Below, one piece after another: positions 43,730 through 53,431 of a stretch of DNA of 64,000 bases. Each line of letters starts with the position of its first letter. The stretch's first letter is position 1. The position numbers and the translations under genes are program-made. Source of the stretch: an uncultured Actinomycetota bacterium (GTDB lineage Bacteria > Actinomycetota > Actinomycetes > Streptosporangiales > Streptosporangiaceae); contig CAWEHB010000001.1 of the NCBI GenBank assembly GCA_963808705.1, positions 72,397 to 136,396 of the forward strand, given 5' to 3'. The notes beneath the pieces are model-generated. The model saw only the letters and a list, made by a program, of their open reading frames with translations, was not told the origin of the DNA and ran no database searches.

Positions 43730-44470
43730 ATGGCGAATGTCTCGGCGTATCTGCGCCCTGCCACCCTCGACGACGCGCTCGCGTGCCTGGGCCGTCCCGG
43801 CGCGGTCGTGGTGGGCGGCGGGACGATAGTGAACACGACCCATGCTCTCGAGCCCGTCCTGGTCGTCGACCTTCAGGACCTTCACATCGACGCGATTGAG
43901 CGGGACGGCGAGGATGGGCTCCTGATCGGTGCTACCGCGACCTTCCAGCGATTGGCCGACGACGTCAGCGTCCCGGTGGCGATCCGGGAGGCAGCCCGGC
44001 GCGAGGAGCCCAGTACCCTCCGGACGCTGGCGACCGTCGGCGGCCTGGTGGCCACGGCCGATCCGTCCAGCGAGCTTCTGGCGACCCTCCTCGTCCACGA
44101 CGGCGAGGTCTGGCTGGCCGGACGCGGTGGCGTGCACACCGTGAAGCTCGCGGCGCTGCTGGAGGACAGCCGACAGCTGGCGAACAAGATCATTACGGCG
44201 GTCAGGATCGAGACCGGGGGCGCCACGGCCATGGAGCGCACGGCCCGCACCCGGGCCGACCGGGCGATCGTGGCCGCGGTAGCCCGGCGCACGACAGACG
44301 GGAGGCGCCGCCTGGCGCTCACGGGGGTGGCCGGAACGCCCTTGCTCGTGGCTCCCACGCCGGACACGGCCAACGGCCTCGACCCGCCGGGCGACTACCG
44401 CGGGTCGACGGAGTACCGCCGTGCCCTCGCGGCCGTGCTGGCCAGGCGCGCGTTGGAGGAGATCGGCTGA
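43730..44470 (+). CDS. Xanthine-dehydrogenase-family FAD-binding (medium, CoxM/XdhB-like) subunit
   Basis: VVVGGGTIVNT..., and TLATVGGLVATADPSSELLATLLVHDGEVWL parallels the TIGGNL..ASP..D..P.LLA pattern. Its stop overlaps the next ATG (ATGA-type coupling at 44470). Confidence 0.8.
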   Translation: MANVSAYLRPATLDDALACLGRPGAVVVGGGTIVNTTHALEPVLVVDLQDLHIDAIERDGEDGLLIGATATFQRLADDVSVPVAIREAARREEPSTLRTLATVGGLVATADPSSELLATLLVHDGEVWLAGRGGVHTVKLAALLEDSRQLANKIITAVRIETGGATAMERTARTRADRAIVAAVARRTTDGRRRLALTGVAGTPLLVAPTPDTANGLDPPGDYRGSTEYRRALAAVLARRALEEIG

Positions 44471-47418
44471 TGGACGTCAAGATCACCCTTAACGGCCGTG
44501 CGCTCGAGCTCAGCTGTGGGCCCGGCGAGACGCTTCTCGCGCTGCTCCGGCGCGAAGGATGCGTGAGCGTCCGGTTCGGGTCGGAGACCGGCGAGACCGG
44601 CGCGGCCGCGGTACTGCTGGATGGCCGGGTTGTTGCGGCTGACGTCTTGCTGGCCGCACAGGCCGGCGGTCACGAGGTGACCACGGTGGAGTCCCTCAAC
44701 GTGGCCACCGGCGAGCTTCACCCCATCCAGGAGGCCTTCGTCGAGACAGGCGCGCTGCAGTCGGGGTATTCGGCGGGCGCCATGGTGCTCGCCGCCAAGG
44801 CGCTCCTGGAGCAGAACCCGGACCCCGGCGAGAGCGAGATCCGGGACGCCCTGTCCGGAATCCTTGACCGCGAGACCGGCTACGTGAAGGTCGTCGCGGC
44901 GGTACAGCGCGCCGCGGCGCTGCTGCGCGGCGAGAAGCCCGAGCCGGTGCAGCCGGTGGCCATCGAGCCGCTCGCCGGCCCCGTGCCTGCCGCGCCGGGC
45001 TGGTGCGCCACGGATCGTGACGGCTGGCCGGCCGTGCCCGGGGTCGTGGCGTCGCCCGATGTGGCCGAGACCGTCGTTGTCGGCAGGCCTGAGCCCAAAG
45101 TGGACGCGCTGCGGCTGGTCAAAGGCAATCCCGCCTTCACCGACGATGTGGAGCCGCGCGGGATGCTGCACGCGAAGGTGCTCCGAAGCCCGCACGCCCA
45201 CGCCCGGATCATCGCGATCGACGACGCTGAGGCCAGGGCCATGCCCGGAGTGCACGCGGTGCTGCACTGCTTCAACACGCGGCGGGTCAAGTACGCATCG
45301 GGAGGCCAGAGCTGGCCCAACCCGTATCCGTGGGATCAGGTGAGCTTCGACGACAAGGTCCGCCATGTGGGCGACCGGGTGGCGGCGGTGGGGGCGGAGA
45401 CGGCGGAGCTCGCGGCCGCGGCCTGCCGCCGGATCAAGGTGACCTATGAGGTCCTGCCGGCGGTGTTCGACGAGTTCGAGGCGCTGGCCGAGGGAGCGCC
45501 CCGGATCCATGACGAGCAGGACTCCGTCGGCATCCACGACGTCTCGCGCAACATCAGCTCACACATCGAGGGTCAGACCACGCCGGACATCCAGGCCGCC
45601 CTGGCCCGTGCGGATCACGTGTTCGAACAGACCTTTCACCTTCATCAGGTGCAGCACTGCTCCATCGAGCCGCACGTCGCCATCGGCTGGCTCGACGAGG
45701 ACGAGCGGCTGGTGCTGCGCACGTCGACGCAGGTGCCCTTCCATGTCCGGCGCATGGTCGCCCCGCTGCTCGGCCTGCCGGTCAAGCGGATACGGGTGAT
45801 CAAGCCCCGGATCGGCGGCGGCTTCGGCGGCAAGCAGGAGATGCTGATCGAAGACATCGTGGGCCACCTGGCGCTGGCCACCCGCCGGCCGGTACGCCTG
45901 GAGCTGACCCGCGAGGAAGAGTTCACCTCGGCGCGCACCAGGCACAAGCAAACGATCACCTTCCGCACCGGGATCAACGATGACGGAAAGCTCGTGGCCC
46001 TGGACATGAAGGTGGTCGCCAACACCGGCGCCTACGGCGTTCACGGCTTCACCGTGCAATCCGTCACCGGGCTGCGGGGCCTGTCCTCCTACAACTGCCC
46101 GGCCAAGCGCTACCAGTGCGACGTTGTGTACACCAACCGGCTGGTCGCCGGCGCGATGCGCGGCTACGGCGCGCCGCAGGGCGTCTTCGCGCTCGAGTCC
46201 CACATGGACGACATCGCCCGGGCACTGGGCATCGACCCGGTGGAACTGCGACGGCGTAACTGGGTCGGGCTTGGCGACGCCTTCGACATCGCGCCAAGAC
46301 TCGGTGAGCGGGGAGGCGTCGACGACATCGCCCCCGAAGACCTGCCGCGCATCACCAGTTGCGGCACCGAGGAATGCGTGGCCCAGACGCTGCGGGCCAT
46401 CGGCTGGGACCGGCGCCACGACGAGTCGTGGAAGCGCCCGCCCGGGCGGCCCAGCATCCGCCGGGGGATAGGGTTCGCCCTCTGTGTCATGGGCTCGGGC
46501 ATCCCCTTCGTCGACATGGGCGCGGCCTCGATCAAGATGAACGACGATGGTTCGTTCAACCTGCTGATCGGCGGCACGGACCTCGGCACCGGCGCTGACA
46601 CCGTGGTCGCTCAGATCGCGGCTGAGGTGCTCGGAGTGGACGTCGATGACATCATCGTGTACGCCGCCGACACCGACGTCACGCCGTTCGATGTCGGCGC
46701 CTACGCGTCGGGCACCACCTACATCACCGGCATGGCCGCCAAGCAGGCGGCCGAGGCGGCGCGGGCACGGATCGCGCAGCGGGCCGCGCGGATGCTGGGC
46801 CTCGATGAGTCGGCTCCGATCGAGCTGCGTGACCGCCGGGCGTGGGCGGGCGACGGCCGGTCGGTATCACTGGCGGACCTGGCGCTGCATGTGCTGCACG
46901 CCGAGGATCAGGAACAGATCATGGGCACGGCGTCGTACCTGGCCCGCGACTCCCCGTCGCCCTTCGCCGCCCAGGCCGCGGAGGTCGAGGTGGACGTCGA
47001 CACGGGCCAGGTCACCGTCAGCAAGCTGGTGACCGCCGTGGACTGCGGCGTGCCCATCAACCCGCTGACGGCGAGCGGGCAGGTCGAGGGCGGCGTGATG
47101 ATGGCCCTCGGCTACGCCCTGTGCGAGGAACTCGTGCTCGACGACGACGGGCGGCCGGTCAACGCCAGGCTCGGCCCCTACTGGATCTACCGGGCGGACG
47201 ACGCCCCGGCTACCGAGGTGTTCCTCGTTCAGACGAACGAGCCGTCGGGCCCGTTCGGGGCCAAGGCGGTCGGCGAGATTCCCACCGTGGGGGTCGCCCC
47301 CGCGGTGCGAAACGCCATCCTGGACGCCACCGGCGCCGCCATCAACGCCACACCGTTCACCCCCGAGCGCGTCTGGCAGGCCCTGCACGCGCCCCGGGGT
47401 GGCGGGCCGCGGCCATGA
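44470..47418 (+). CDS. Xanthine-dehydrogenase-family molybdopterin-binding subunit fused to an N-terminal [2Fe-2S]-like domain that lacks all eight Cys ligands
   Basis: The Mo domain has RIGGGFGGKQE, AGAMRGYGAPQG and GPFGAKAVGEIP. The N-terminal 160 aa align with the canonical small subunit at 53412..53963, but every ligand Cys is replaced (see findings). Confidence 0.9.
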   Translation: MDVKITLNGRALELSCGPGETLLALLRREGCVSVRFGSETGETGAAAVLLDGRVVAADVLLAAQAGGHEVTTVESLNVATGELHPIQEAFVETGALQSGYSAGAMVLAAKALLEQNPDPGESEIRDALSGILDRETGYVKVVAAVQRAAALLRGEKPEPVQPVAIEPLAGPVPAAPGWCATDRDGWPAVPGVVASPDVAETVVVGRPEPKVDALRLVKGNPAFTDDVEPRGMLHAKVLRSPHAHARIIAIDDAEARAMPGVHAVLHCFNTRRVKYASGGQSWPNPYPWDQVSFDDKVRHVGDRVAAVGAETAELAAAACRRIKVTYEVLPAVFDEFEALAEGAPRIHDEQDSVGIHDVSRNISSHIEGQTTPDIQAALARADHVFEQTFHLHQVQHCSIEPHVAIGWLDEDERLVLRTSTQVPFHVRRMVAPLLGLPVKRIRVIKPRIGGGFGGKQEMLIEDIVGHLALATRRPVRLELTREEEFTSARTRHKQTITFRTGINDDGKLVALDMKVVANTGAYGVHGFTVQSVTGLRGLSSYNCPAKRYQCDVVYTNRLVAGAMRGYGAPQGVFALESHMDDIARALGIDPVELRRRNWVGLGDAFDIAPRLGERGGVDDIAPEDLPRITSCGTEECVAQTLRAIGWDRRHDESWKRPPGRPSIRRGIGFALCVMGSGIPFVDMGAASIKMNDDGSFNLLIGGTDLGTGADTVVAQIAAEVLGVDVDDIIVYAADTDVTPFDVGAYASGTTYITGMAAKQAAEAARARIAQRAARMLGLDESAPIELRDRRAWAGDGRSVSLADLALHVLHAEDQEQIMGTASYLARDSPSPFAAQAAEVEVDVDTGQVTVSKLVTAVDCGVPINPLTASGQVEGGVMMALGYALCEELVLDDDGRPVNARLGPYWIYRADDAPATEVFLVQTNEPSGPFGAKAVGEIPTVGVAPAVRNAILDATGAAINATPFTPERVWQALHAPRGGGPRP

Positions 47419-47557
47419 CGCGGTGGCGGCAGCAGCCAGGTCTTGCCCGGGTCTTTGGTCCCTTTCTCGGCGTCCCCGTACGGGAGTAGCGTGCGGATCT
47501 AGAACAGGTCGTCACGTGGGAGCGAGAATTCCCCGCGAATCGCGCTGGTACCGCCGC

Positions 47558-47590
47558 CCGCGCAGACCACGCGAGCCGCGCGGTTTTCTT
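47558..47590 (+). terminator. Candidate intrinsic terminator after the XDH-like genes
   Basis: ccgcgc - 14-nt loop - gcgcgg followed by TTTTCTT. The stem is short and the loop is long. Confidence 0.3.
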
Positions 47591-47720
47591 GGCTGGCGAT
47601 TCATTGCGGTCGCCAGCGCGGTCGCGGGATCCGTTGAGGAGCGAGGCAAGGGAGGGTGGCGGTGGAAACCATGGGCCGGTCGGGCAGCGCCGCGTCAGGC
47701 GCACAGGCGGTGAGGTAGCG

Positions 47721-49205
47721 ATGAGCGGCGACATCAGCGTCGGGGCGAGCGGAGAACGTAAGACCGAGCAGTCGCAGGAGTACGCGGCCTTCAAGGTCGA
47801 GCAGCGGGGGATCGACCTGATCCCGGACACGCCCGCCGAACGCAAGATGAAGCCCTCGGGCCTGTTCTGGCTGTGGGCCGGCGCGGTGTTCAACGTGGAG
47901 TTCTTCTTCTACGGAACCCTGATCATGACCTTCGGCCTGTCGGTGGGGCAGGCGATCTTGGCCATCGTGGTCGGCAACCTGTTCTACGCGTTGCTCGGAT
48001 GGGCCAGCCTGCAGGGACCGGAGACGGGCACGACGGCGTTCATGGTCAGCCGCGCGCCGTTCGGGCAGAACGGGAACCGCATGGTGGCGCTGTTCAACTG
48101 GGTGACCCAGGTCGGGTTCGAGATCGAGGGCGTCTATTTCGTGGTCGCCACCGTGATCCTGCTGTTCCTCCACTACGGGACCACGCTCGGGACCCCGGCC
48201 AAGATCGTGATAATCATCCTGGCGGCGGCGGTGCAGCTGGTCATGCCCTTCTTCGGCCACGCGACGATCACCCAGATGCTCCGCTACCTCGCCTACGCGT
48301 TCATCGTCTTCTTCGCGGTCCTGGCCGGCTTCACCTTCAACCGGCTGCACCTGAGCACCTTCCACCAGCCCTCGGCGTCGTGGGCCGTATGGACCACCGC
48401 GCTGGTGCTGATCATCTCGGTGGGCGGCCTGGGGTGGACCGAGAACGGCAACGACTACTCGCGCTACCTGCCCCGCAGGACCCCCAAGACCCGGACGTTC
48501 TGGTCGGCGTCGCTGGGCGGCGCGATCCCGTCCCTGCTGCTGGAGATCCTCGGGGTGCTGGCCTTCACGGTCACCAAGAAGACCGTCGGCATCACCCAGC
48601 TCGGCGTCCCGCAGAGCTTCCCCGGCTGGTTCGTGGTGCCATTCCTGATCTTCGCCATCTTCCAGCTGTTCGCCATCAACACCATCGATCTGTACTCGTC
48701 CGGCGTCACGCTGCAGGCGCTGGGCATCCCGATCAAGCGCTGGGGCGCGGTGATCATCGACACCGTGGTGTGCGCCGTGGTCACCGGGATCATCTTGTTC
48801 CACGGCAACTTCTACGCGGACTTCGCCGGGTTCCTGCTCTACATCGTGGTGTGGCTGTCGGCGTGGTTCGGCATCCTCATGGTGGACTACCTGCTGCGGC
48901 GGGGGCGCTATGACCCGCCCGCGCTGGCCGCCGACCGAGGCGGGCTGTACTGGCGTAACGGCGGCATCCACTGGCCCGCCATCATCGCCCAGGTGCTTGG
49001 CATGGTGGCGTCGCTGATGTGGATCAACGCCGATTTCGCCGTCCCGTCCTACATCGGACCGATCTCCAACCACTTCCCCGGCCTGCAGGGCGGGGACCTC
49101 AGCTGGGCCATCGGCATCGTGGTCGGCGCCGGCGTCTACTACCTGCTCGCCCGCACGTCCGTGCGACACGAGGGCGAGGTGACCCCGGACATCGGCACGG
49201 CCTGA
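47721..49205 (+). CDS. NCS1-family purine/cytosine-type permease
   Basis: Internal ATG of track ORF 47589..49205. 12 predicted TM helices. IDLIPDTPAERKMKPSGLFWLWAGAVFNVEFFFYG is typical of CodB/NCS1. Confidence 0.9.
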   Translation: MSGDISVGASGERKTEQSQEYAAFKVEQRGIDLIPDTPAERKMKPSGLFWLWAGAVFNVEFFFYGTLIMTFGLSVGQAILAIVVGNLFYALLGWASLQGPETGTTAFMVSRAPFGQNGNRMVALFNWVTQVGFEIEGVYFVVATVILLFLHYGTTLGTPAKIVIIILAAAVQLVMPFFGHATITQMLRYLAYAFIVFFAVLAGFTFNRLHLSTFHQPSASWAVWTTALVLIISVGGLGWTENGNDYSRYLPRRTPKTRTFWSASLGGAIPSLLLEILGVLAFTVTKKTVGITQLGVPQSFPGWFVVPFLIFAIFQLFAINTIDLYSSGVTLQALGIPIKRWGAVIIDTVVCAVVTGIILFHGNFYADFAGFLLYIVVWLSAWFGILMVDYLLRRGRYDPPALAADRGGLYWRNGGIHWPAIIAQVLGMVASLMWINADFAVPSYIGPISNHFPGLQGGDLSWAIGIVVGAGVYYLLARTSVRHEGEVTPDIGTA

Positions 49206-49229
49206 CCCTGACGGCCGGCGTCCGCGGCC

Positions 49230-49257
49230 GGGGCCCGCCCGGAGACGGGCGGGCCCC
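49230..49257. terminator. 12-bp perfect GC hairpin between the convergent permease and adenine deaminase genes
   Basis: ggggcccgcccg-gaga-cgggcgggcccc. A second 9-bp hairpin at 49286-49308 spans the ade stop codon. Confidence 0.5.
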
Positions 49258-49295
49258 GGTTCGCCGGAGACCCGCCCGGCCTGCCGGCGCCAGGC

Positions 49296-51020
49296 TCAGC
49301 CTGGCGCCACGCCGGTCAGCTCGAACCGGTTCACGTCGACCAGGCCCCGGTCGGTGATCCTCAGTTCGGGGATCACCGACAGGGCCAGGAAGCTCAGGTG
49401 CATGAACGGGGCCGCGATGCCGACGCCGAGTGCCGCGGCTGCGGCATGCTCGACCGCCTCCACCTCCGCGGCCACGCCGGCCACGGGCTTGTCGCTCATC
49501 AGCCCGCCGATCGGCAGCGGGACCTCGGCGATGACCCGGCCGTCGAGTATCGCCACCTGCCCGCCGCCGATCTCGGCCAGCCTGGCCACGCCGGCCGCCA
49601 TGTCGGCGGGCCCGGAGGCGTCCAGGGCCCCCACGACCATGCAGTTGTGCGCGTCGTGGGCCACGGTCGAGGCGATGGCGCCGCGCGCTAGCCCGAAGCC
49701 GTGCACGTAGCCCAGGCCGATGCGGCCGGTCTCATGGTGCCGCTCCACCACGCCGATGCGGGCGATTCCCGCTGACGCGTCCGTGACATCGAGCACGAGG
49801 TGCCTGGTGGTGAGCGTATCTGGCTCGATCCCGATTACCCGCGCCAGCCCGCCTGCGGGCGGCGCCAGCGCCAGCGCCGCTGGCCCGGGCGGTGACGCCA
49901 GGTGGACCGAACGGCGCATCCAGCCGGGCGCCGGCACCGAAGGCACGGTCCCGGCGATCACCTGCCCGCCCTCGGCGGCCAGTTTGCCCGCCCGATAGAC
50001 CCGTACCGGCGAGAGGCGATCGAGGGAGTCGAAACAGAGCACGTCCGCCTGATAGCCCGGGGCCAGCCAGCCAAGATGGTCGAAGTTGTGATACTCGGCT
50101 GGGTTCGCCGTGGCGAGCACGAGGGCGTCCTCCACCCGCACACCGCAGGAAACGGCCAGCCTGACACAGTCATCCACGTGGCCTTCGGCGACGATCGTGT
50201 CCGGCTCGCGGTCGTCGGTGCAGAGCGCGACCCGCGGCGTTCCGTGCTGCAGCACGGTCGGGATCAGGGTGGCCAGGTTACGGCTCGCCGACCCCTGCCG
50301 GGCAAAGATCCACATTCCCTTGCGGCGCTTCTCGGCCGCCTCCGCCAGCGTCGTGCACTCGTGGTCGGACTCGATCCCTGCGGCCAGGTAGGCGTCGAGC
50401 TGCCGGCCGGCCAGCCCGGGTGCGTGCCCGTCCACCCGGCGGCCGCCGGCGGCGGCGATCTTCGCCAGCAGTTCGGCATCGCCGGCCACGACGCCGGGAT
50501 AGTTCATCACCTCGGCGACTCCGATCGCGCCGAACTCGTCGAGCAGCTGGCGGACCTCGGCGGTGTGCAGCTCCGCCCCCGGGCTCTCGAACGGCGAGGC
50601 CGGCACACAGCTGGACGCGCAGATCCCGAAGGTGAACGGCAGGCCCGCGGCCGCCTCCGCCAGGGCCGCGACGCCACGGACGCCGAACACGTTGGCGATC
50701 TCGTGCGGGTCGGCGGCCACCGCCGTGGTGCCATGCGGGAGGACGGCCCGGACGAACTCATCAACCCAGAGCTTGGTCGACTCCAGGTGCATGTGAGCGT
50801 CGATGAAGCCAGGCGTCAGCGCGGCGCCGGACATGTCGGCGACCTCTCGCGCATCGCGCGCGCCCCATCCGGCGATCACGCCATCGGCCACGGCCAGGTC
50901 CGTGTCGACCCATTCCCTGGTGCCGGGGACGAAGACTCTCCCGCCGGTGAGCAGGAGATCAGCTGGCTCGTCGCCGCGAGCGACGGCCAGGACGTGCGGC
51001 GTGCCTTTGCGTGCGGACAC
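49296..51020 (-). CDS. ade: Adenine deaminase
   Basis: LTPGFIDAHMHLESTKL, GTTAVAADPHEIANV, DGHAPGL.., SDHECT, HDAHNCMVVG. Length 574 aa. Confidence 0.9.
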   Translation of the reverse strand: MSARKGTPHVLAVARGDEPADLLLTGGRVFVPGTREWVDTDLAVADGVIAGWGARDAREVADMSGAALTPGFIDAHMHLESTKLWVDEFVRAVLPHGTTAVAADPHEIANVFGVRGVAALAEAAAGLPFTFGICASSCVPASPFESPGAELHTAEVRQLLDEFGAIGVAEVMNYPGVVAGDAELLAKIAAAGGRRVDGHAPGLAGRQLDAYLAAGIESDHECTTLAEAAEKRRKGMWIFARQGSASRNLATLIPTVLQHGTPRVALCTDDREPDTIVAEGHVDDCVRLAVSCGVRVEDALVLATANPAEYHNFDHLGWLAPGYQADVLCFDSLDRLSPVRVYRAGKLAAEGGQVIAGTVPSVPAPGWMRRSVHLASPPGPAALALAPPAGGLARVIGIEPDTLTTRHLVLDVTDASAGIARIGVVERHHETGRIGLGYVHGFGLARGAIASTVAHDAHNCMVVGALDASGPADMAAGVARLAEIGGGQVAILDGRVIAEVPLPIGGLMSDKPVAGVAAEVEAVEHAAAAALGVGIAAPFMHLSFLALSVIPELRITDRGLVDVNRFELTGVAPG

Positions 51021-51034
51021 CGGTCACCTCCGGG

Positions 51035-53431
51035 TTACATTAGCTGCTGCTGGGCGGAGACCTGATGGTGGTAGTAAGGCACCGGCCACTGTCCCGGCAC
51101 GTCCGGGACCGGCGGCGGCCCGCTGGTCGGCCGCGGCGGGCGCAGGCCGATCAGGTCGTCCGGGGTCACCGGAGCCCGGTTCAGTTCGCGGCCGGTGGCG
51201 TCGCGCAGCGCGGCGACGATGGCCGCGGTCGAGACGATGGCCGGTGCCTCGCCGATGCCCTTCAGGCCGTAGGGCGCCGCCGGGTCCGGCTCTTCCACCG
51301 CGTGGGTCTCGACGGGCGGCATGTCCGGGAACGTGGGGATCAGGTAGTCGGTGAATGACGGGTTCCTGACCACCCCGTTCTCGGTCTGGAGCTCCTCCAT
51401 CAGCGCGAAGCCCAGCCCCTGGGCGGTGCCCCCTTCTATCTGGCCCTCGAAACCGAGCGGGTTCAGCACCTTCCCGGCGTCGATCGCCGCCGCGACGTGC
51501 AGGACCCGGGCGATGCCCAGCTCGGTGTCCACCTCGACCACCGCGCGCTCGGCCGCGAACGTGAAGGCCGCATGGATATCTCCCTGCCCGGCGGAGTCGA
51601 AGCCCGCGGTCGGCCGGTGATGATAGACCGCGGTCTCGGCGATCGGTTCCGCTAGCAGGCCGGCCAGGCCGGCGACCGGCTCGCCCCCCGCAACCAGCAT
51701 GCCGTCGCGGAGTTCCGCCGGCCTCGGCAACGGCCCGTCGGCCCCGGCGACACGATCGCGCGCCCGCGCGGCGAGCCGGTCGCGGACCAGGCGGCAGGCC
51801 ATCTGCACCGCACCGCCGGCCATCATGGATTGCCGGGACGCCGAGGTGGAGCCCGCGTTGCCCATGCTGGTGTCGGCGGCGTGCAGCACCACGTGCTCGA
51901 CGCCAAGCTCGGTGCGGGCGATCTGGGTGAGGACCGTGGTCAGGCCCTGACCCATCTCCACCGCAGCAGTGTGGATCTCGGCGACAGGGGTGCCCTGGCT
52001 CAGGCTCAGCGTCACGCGCGCGGTGGCCGAGTCGTCGAATCCCTCGCTGAACGCGGTGTTCTTGAACCCCACCGCGTACCCCACGCCGATGGCCAGGCCC
52101 TCCCCGTGATTCGCATTCCCGGTCCCGCCGGGGTAGTCAAGCTGGTCGCGGCCGTGCGCGGGCTCGGGGACCGGCATGGGCGCGCGCGCACACAGCTCAA
52201 TCAGCTCGCGCACCGGTGCGCTGCCCGCTACCACCTGGCCGGTCGGCAGAACGGAGCCGGTGTGCAGCGCGTTGCGCAGCCGCAGTTCCACCGGGTCCAT
52301 CCGCAGTGCCGCGGCCAGCTTGTCCATCTGGGCTTCGTGGGCGAAGCAGACCTGCGGCGCCCCGAAGCCACGCATGGCCCCGCACGGCGGGTTGTTCGTG
52401 AAAACGAGGGTCCCCTCGATCCGGGCGTTGGGCAGCTCGTACGGGCCTGCCGCGAACGTCGCCGCGTTCCCGAGGACCGCGGGCGAGGACGAGGTGTAGG
52501 CGCCACCGTCGAACAGCAGCCTGGCGTCGACCACGACGAGCCGGCCGTCGCGGGCCGCGCCGTGACGAAGCCAGATCCGTGACGGGTGGCGGTGCACGTG
52601 CCCGAGGAAGGACTCCTCGCGGCCAAAGCTCATCTTGACCGGCCTGCCGGTGCGCAGGGCGAGCAGGGACGCGTGAATCTGCATGTGGATGTCCTCGCGG
52701 GCACCGAATGCGCCGCCCACCCCGGCCAGGCTGATGCGTACCTTCTCCGGCGGCAGCTTCAGGCAGGGAGCGATCTGTTCCTGGTCCACATGCAGCCACT
52801 GGGTCGCCACGAGCAGGTGGATGCCTCCGTCCGGCGCGGGTACGGCCAGCCCGGCTTCCGGGCCCAGCGGTGCCTGATCCTGCATGCCGGTTTCGTAGTA
52901 ACCGTCCACCCACACATCCGCCTCGGCCGCATCCGGGTTACCGTGCAGGATGTGCACGTGCCGCAGCACGTTGCCGAACTCGTGCAACTGTGGCGCCTCC
53001 GGCCGCAGCGCGGCCTCCATGTCGGTCACGACCGGAAGCGGCACCCAGTCGACGTCGATGAGCGTCGTGGCCTGGTGCGCGATCGCAGGTGTGTCGGCGG
53101 CGACTATGGCGACCGGCTCCCCGTGATAGCGGACGAGGTCGTCGGCCAGGACCGGCTGATCATCGAAGTTCAGCCCGAACGTCCGCTTGCCCTCCAGGTC
53201 GGCAGCGAGCAGGACGGCGTGAACGCCTGGCAGCGAGGCGGCCGCGGTCGCGTCAGCACGACGGATCCGCGCGTGCGGGTGGGGCGATCGCAGCGTTGCC
53301 CCCCAGAGCATCCCGTCAGCCCAGAGGTCGCTGGCATAGTCGAACGTCCCGGTCACCTTGGGGATGACGTCGACCCGGACGGCGCTCTCGCCAACCCCGC
53401 CGCGGACCCGGCTAGGAGTCGTGGTGATCAT
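51035..53431 (-). CDS. Xanthine-dehydrogenase-family molybdopterin-binding large subunit
   Basis: GVGGAFGAREDI, NNPPCGAMRGFGAPQ, PYGLKGIGEAP. Length 798 aa. Confidence 0.9.
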   Translation of the reverse strand: MITTTPSRVRGGVGESAVRVDVIPKVTGTFDYASDLWADGMLWGATLRSPHPHARIRRADATAAASLPGVHAVLLAADLEGKRTFGLNFDDQPVLADDLVRYHGEPVAIVAADTPAIAHQATTLIDVDWVPLPVVTDMEAALRPEAPQLHEFGNVLRHVHILHGNPDAAEADVWVDGYYETGMQDQAPLGPEAGLAVPAPDGGIHLLVATQWLHVDQEQIAPCLKLPPEKVRISLAGVGGAFGAREDIHMQIHASLLALRTGRPVKMSFGREESFLGHVHRHPSRIWLRHGAARDGRLVVVDARLLFDGGAYTSSSPAVLGNAATFAAGPYELPNARIEGTLVFTNNPPCGAMRGFGAPQVCFAHEAQMDKLAAALRMDPVELRLRNALHTGSVLPTGQVVAGSAPVRELIELCARAPMPVPEPAHGRDQLDYPGGTGNANHGEGLAIGVGYAVGFKNTAFSEGFDDSATARVTLSLSQGTPVAEIHTAAVEMGQGLTTVLTQIARTELGVEHVVLHAADTSMGNAGSTSASRQSMMAGGAVQMACRLVRDRLAARARDRVAGADGPLPRPAELRDGMLVAGGEPVAGLAGLLAEPIAETAVYHHRPTAGFDSAGQGDIHAAFTFAAERAVVEVDTELGIARVLHVAAAIDAGKVLNPLGFEGQIEGGTAQGLGFALMEELQTENGVVRNPSFTDYLIPTFPDMPPVETHAVEEPDPAAPYGLKGIGEAPAIVSTAAIVAALRDATGRELNRAPVTPDDLIGLRPPRPTSGPPPVPDVPGQWPVPYYHHQVSAQQQLM

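Noticed and set aside
47419-47720. Purine or guanine riboswitch upstream of the NCS1 permease
   Set aside because: There is a hairpin (gctggcga..tcgccagc at about 47591-47616). However, I found no three-way-junction signature and no conserved purine-riboswitch loop sequences.
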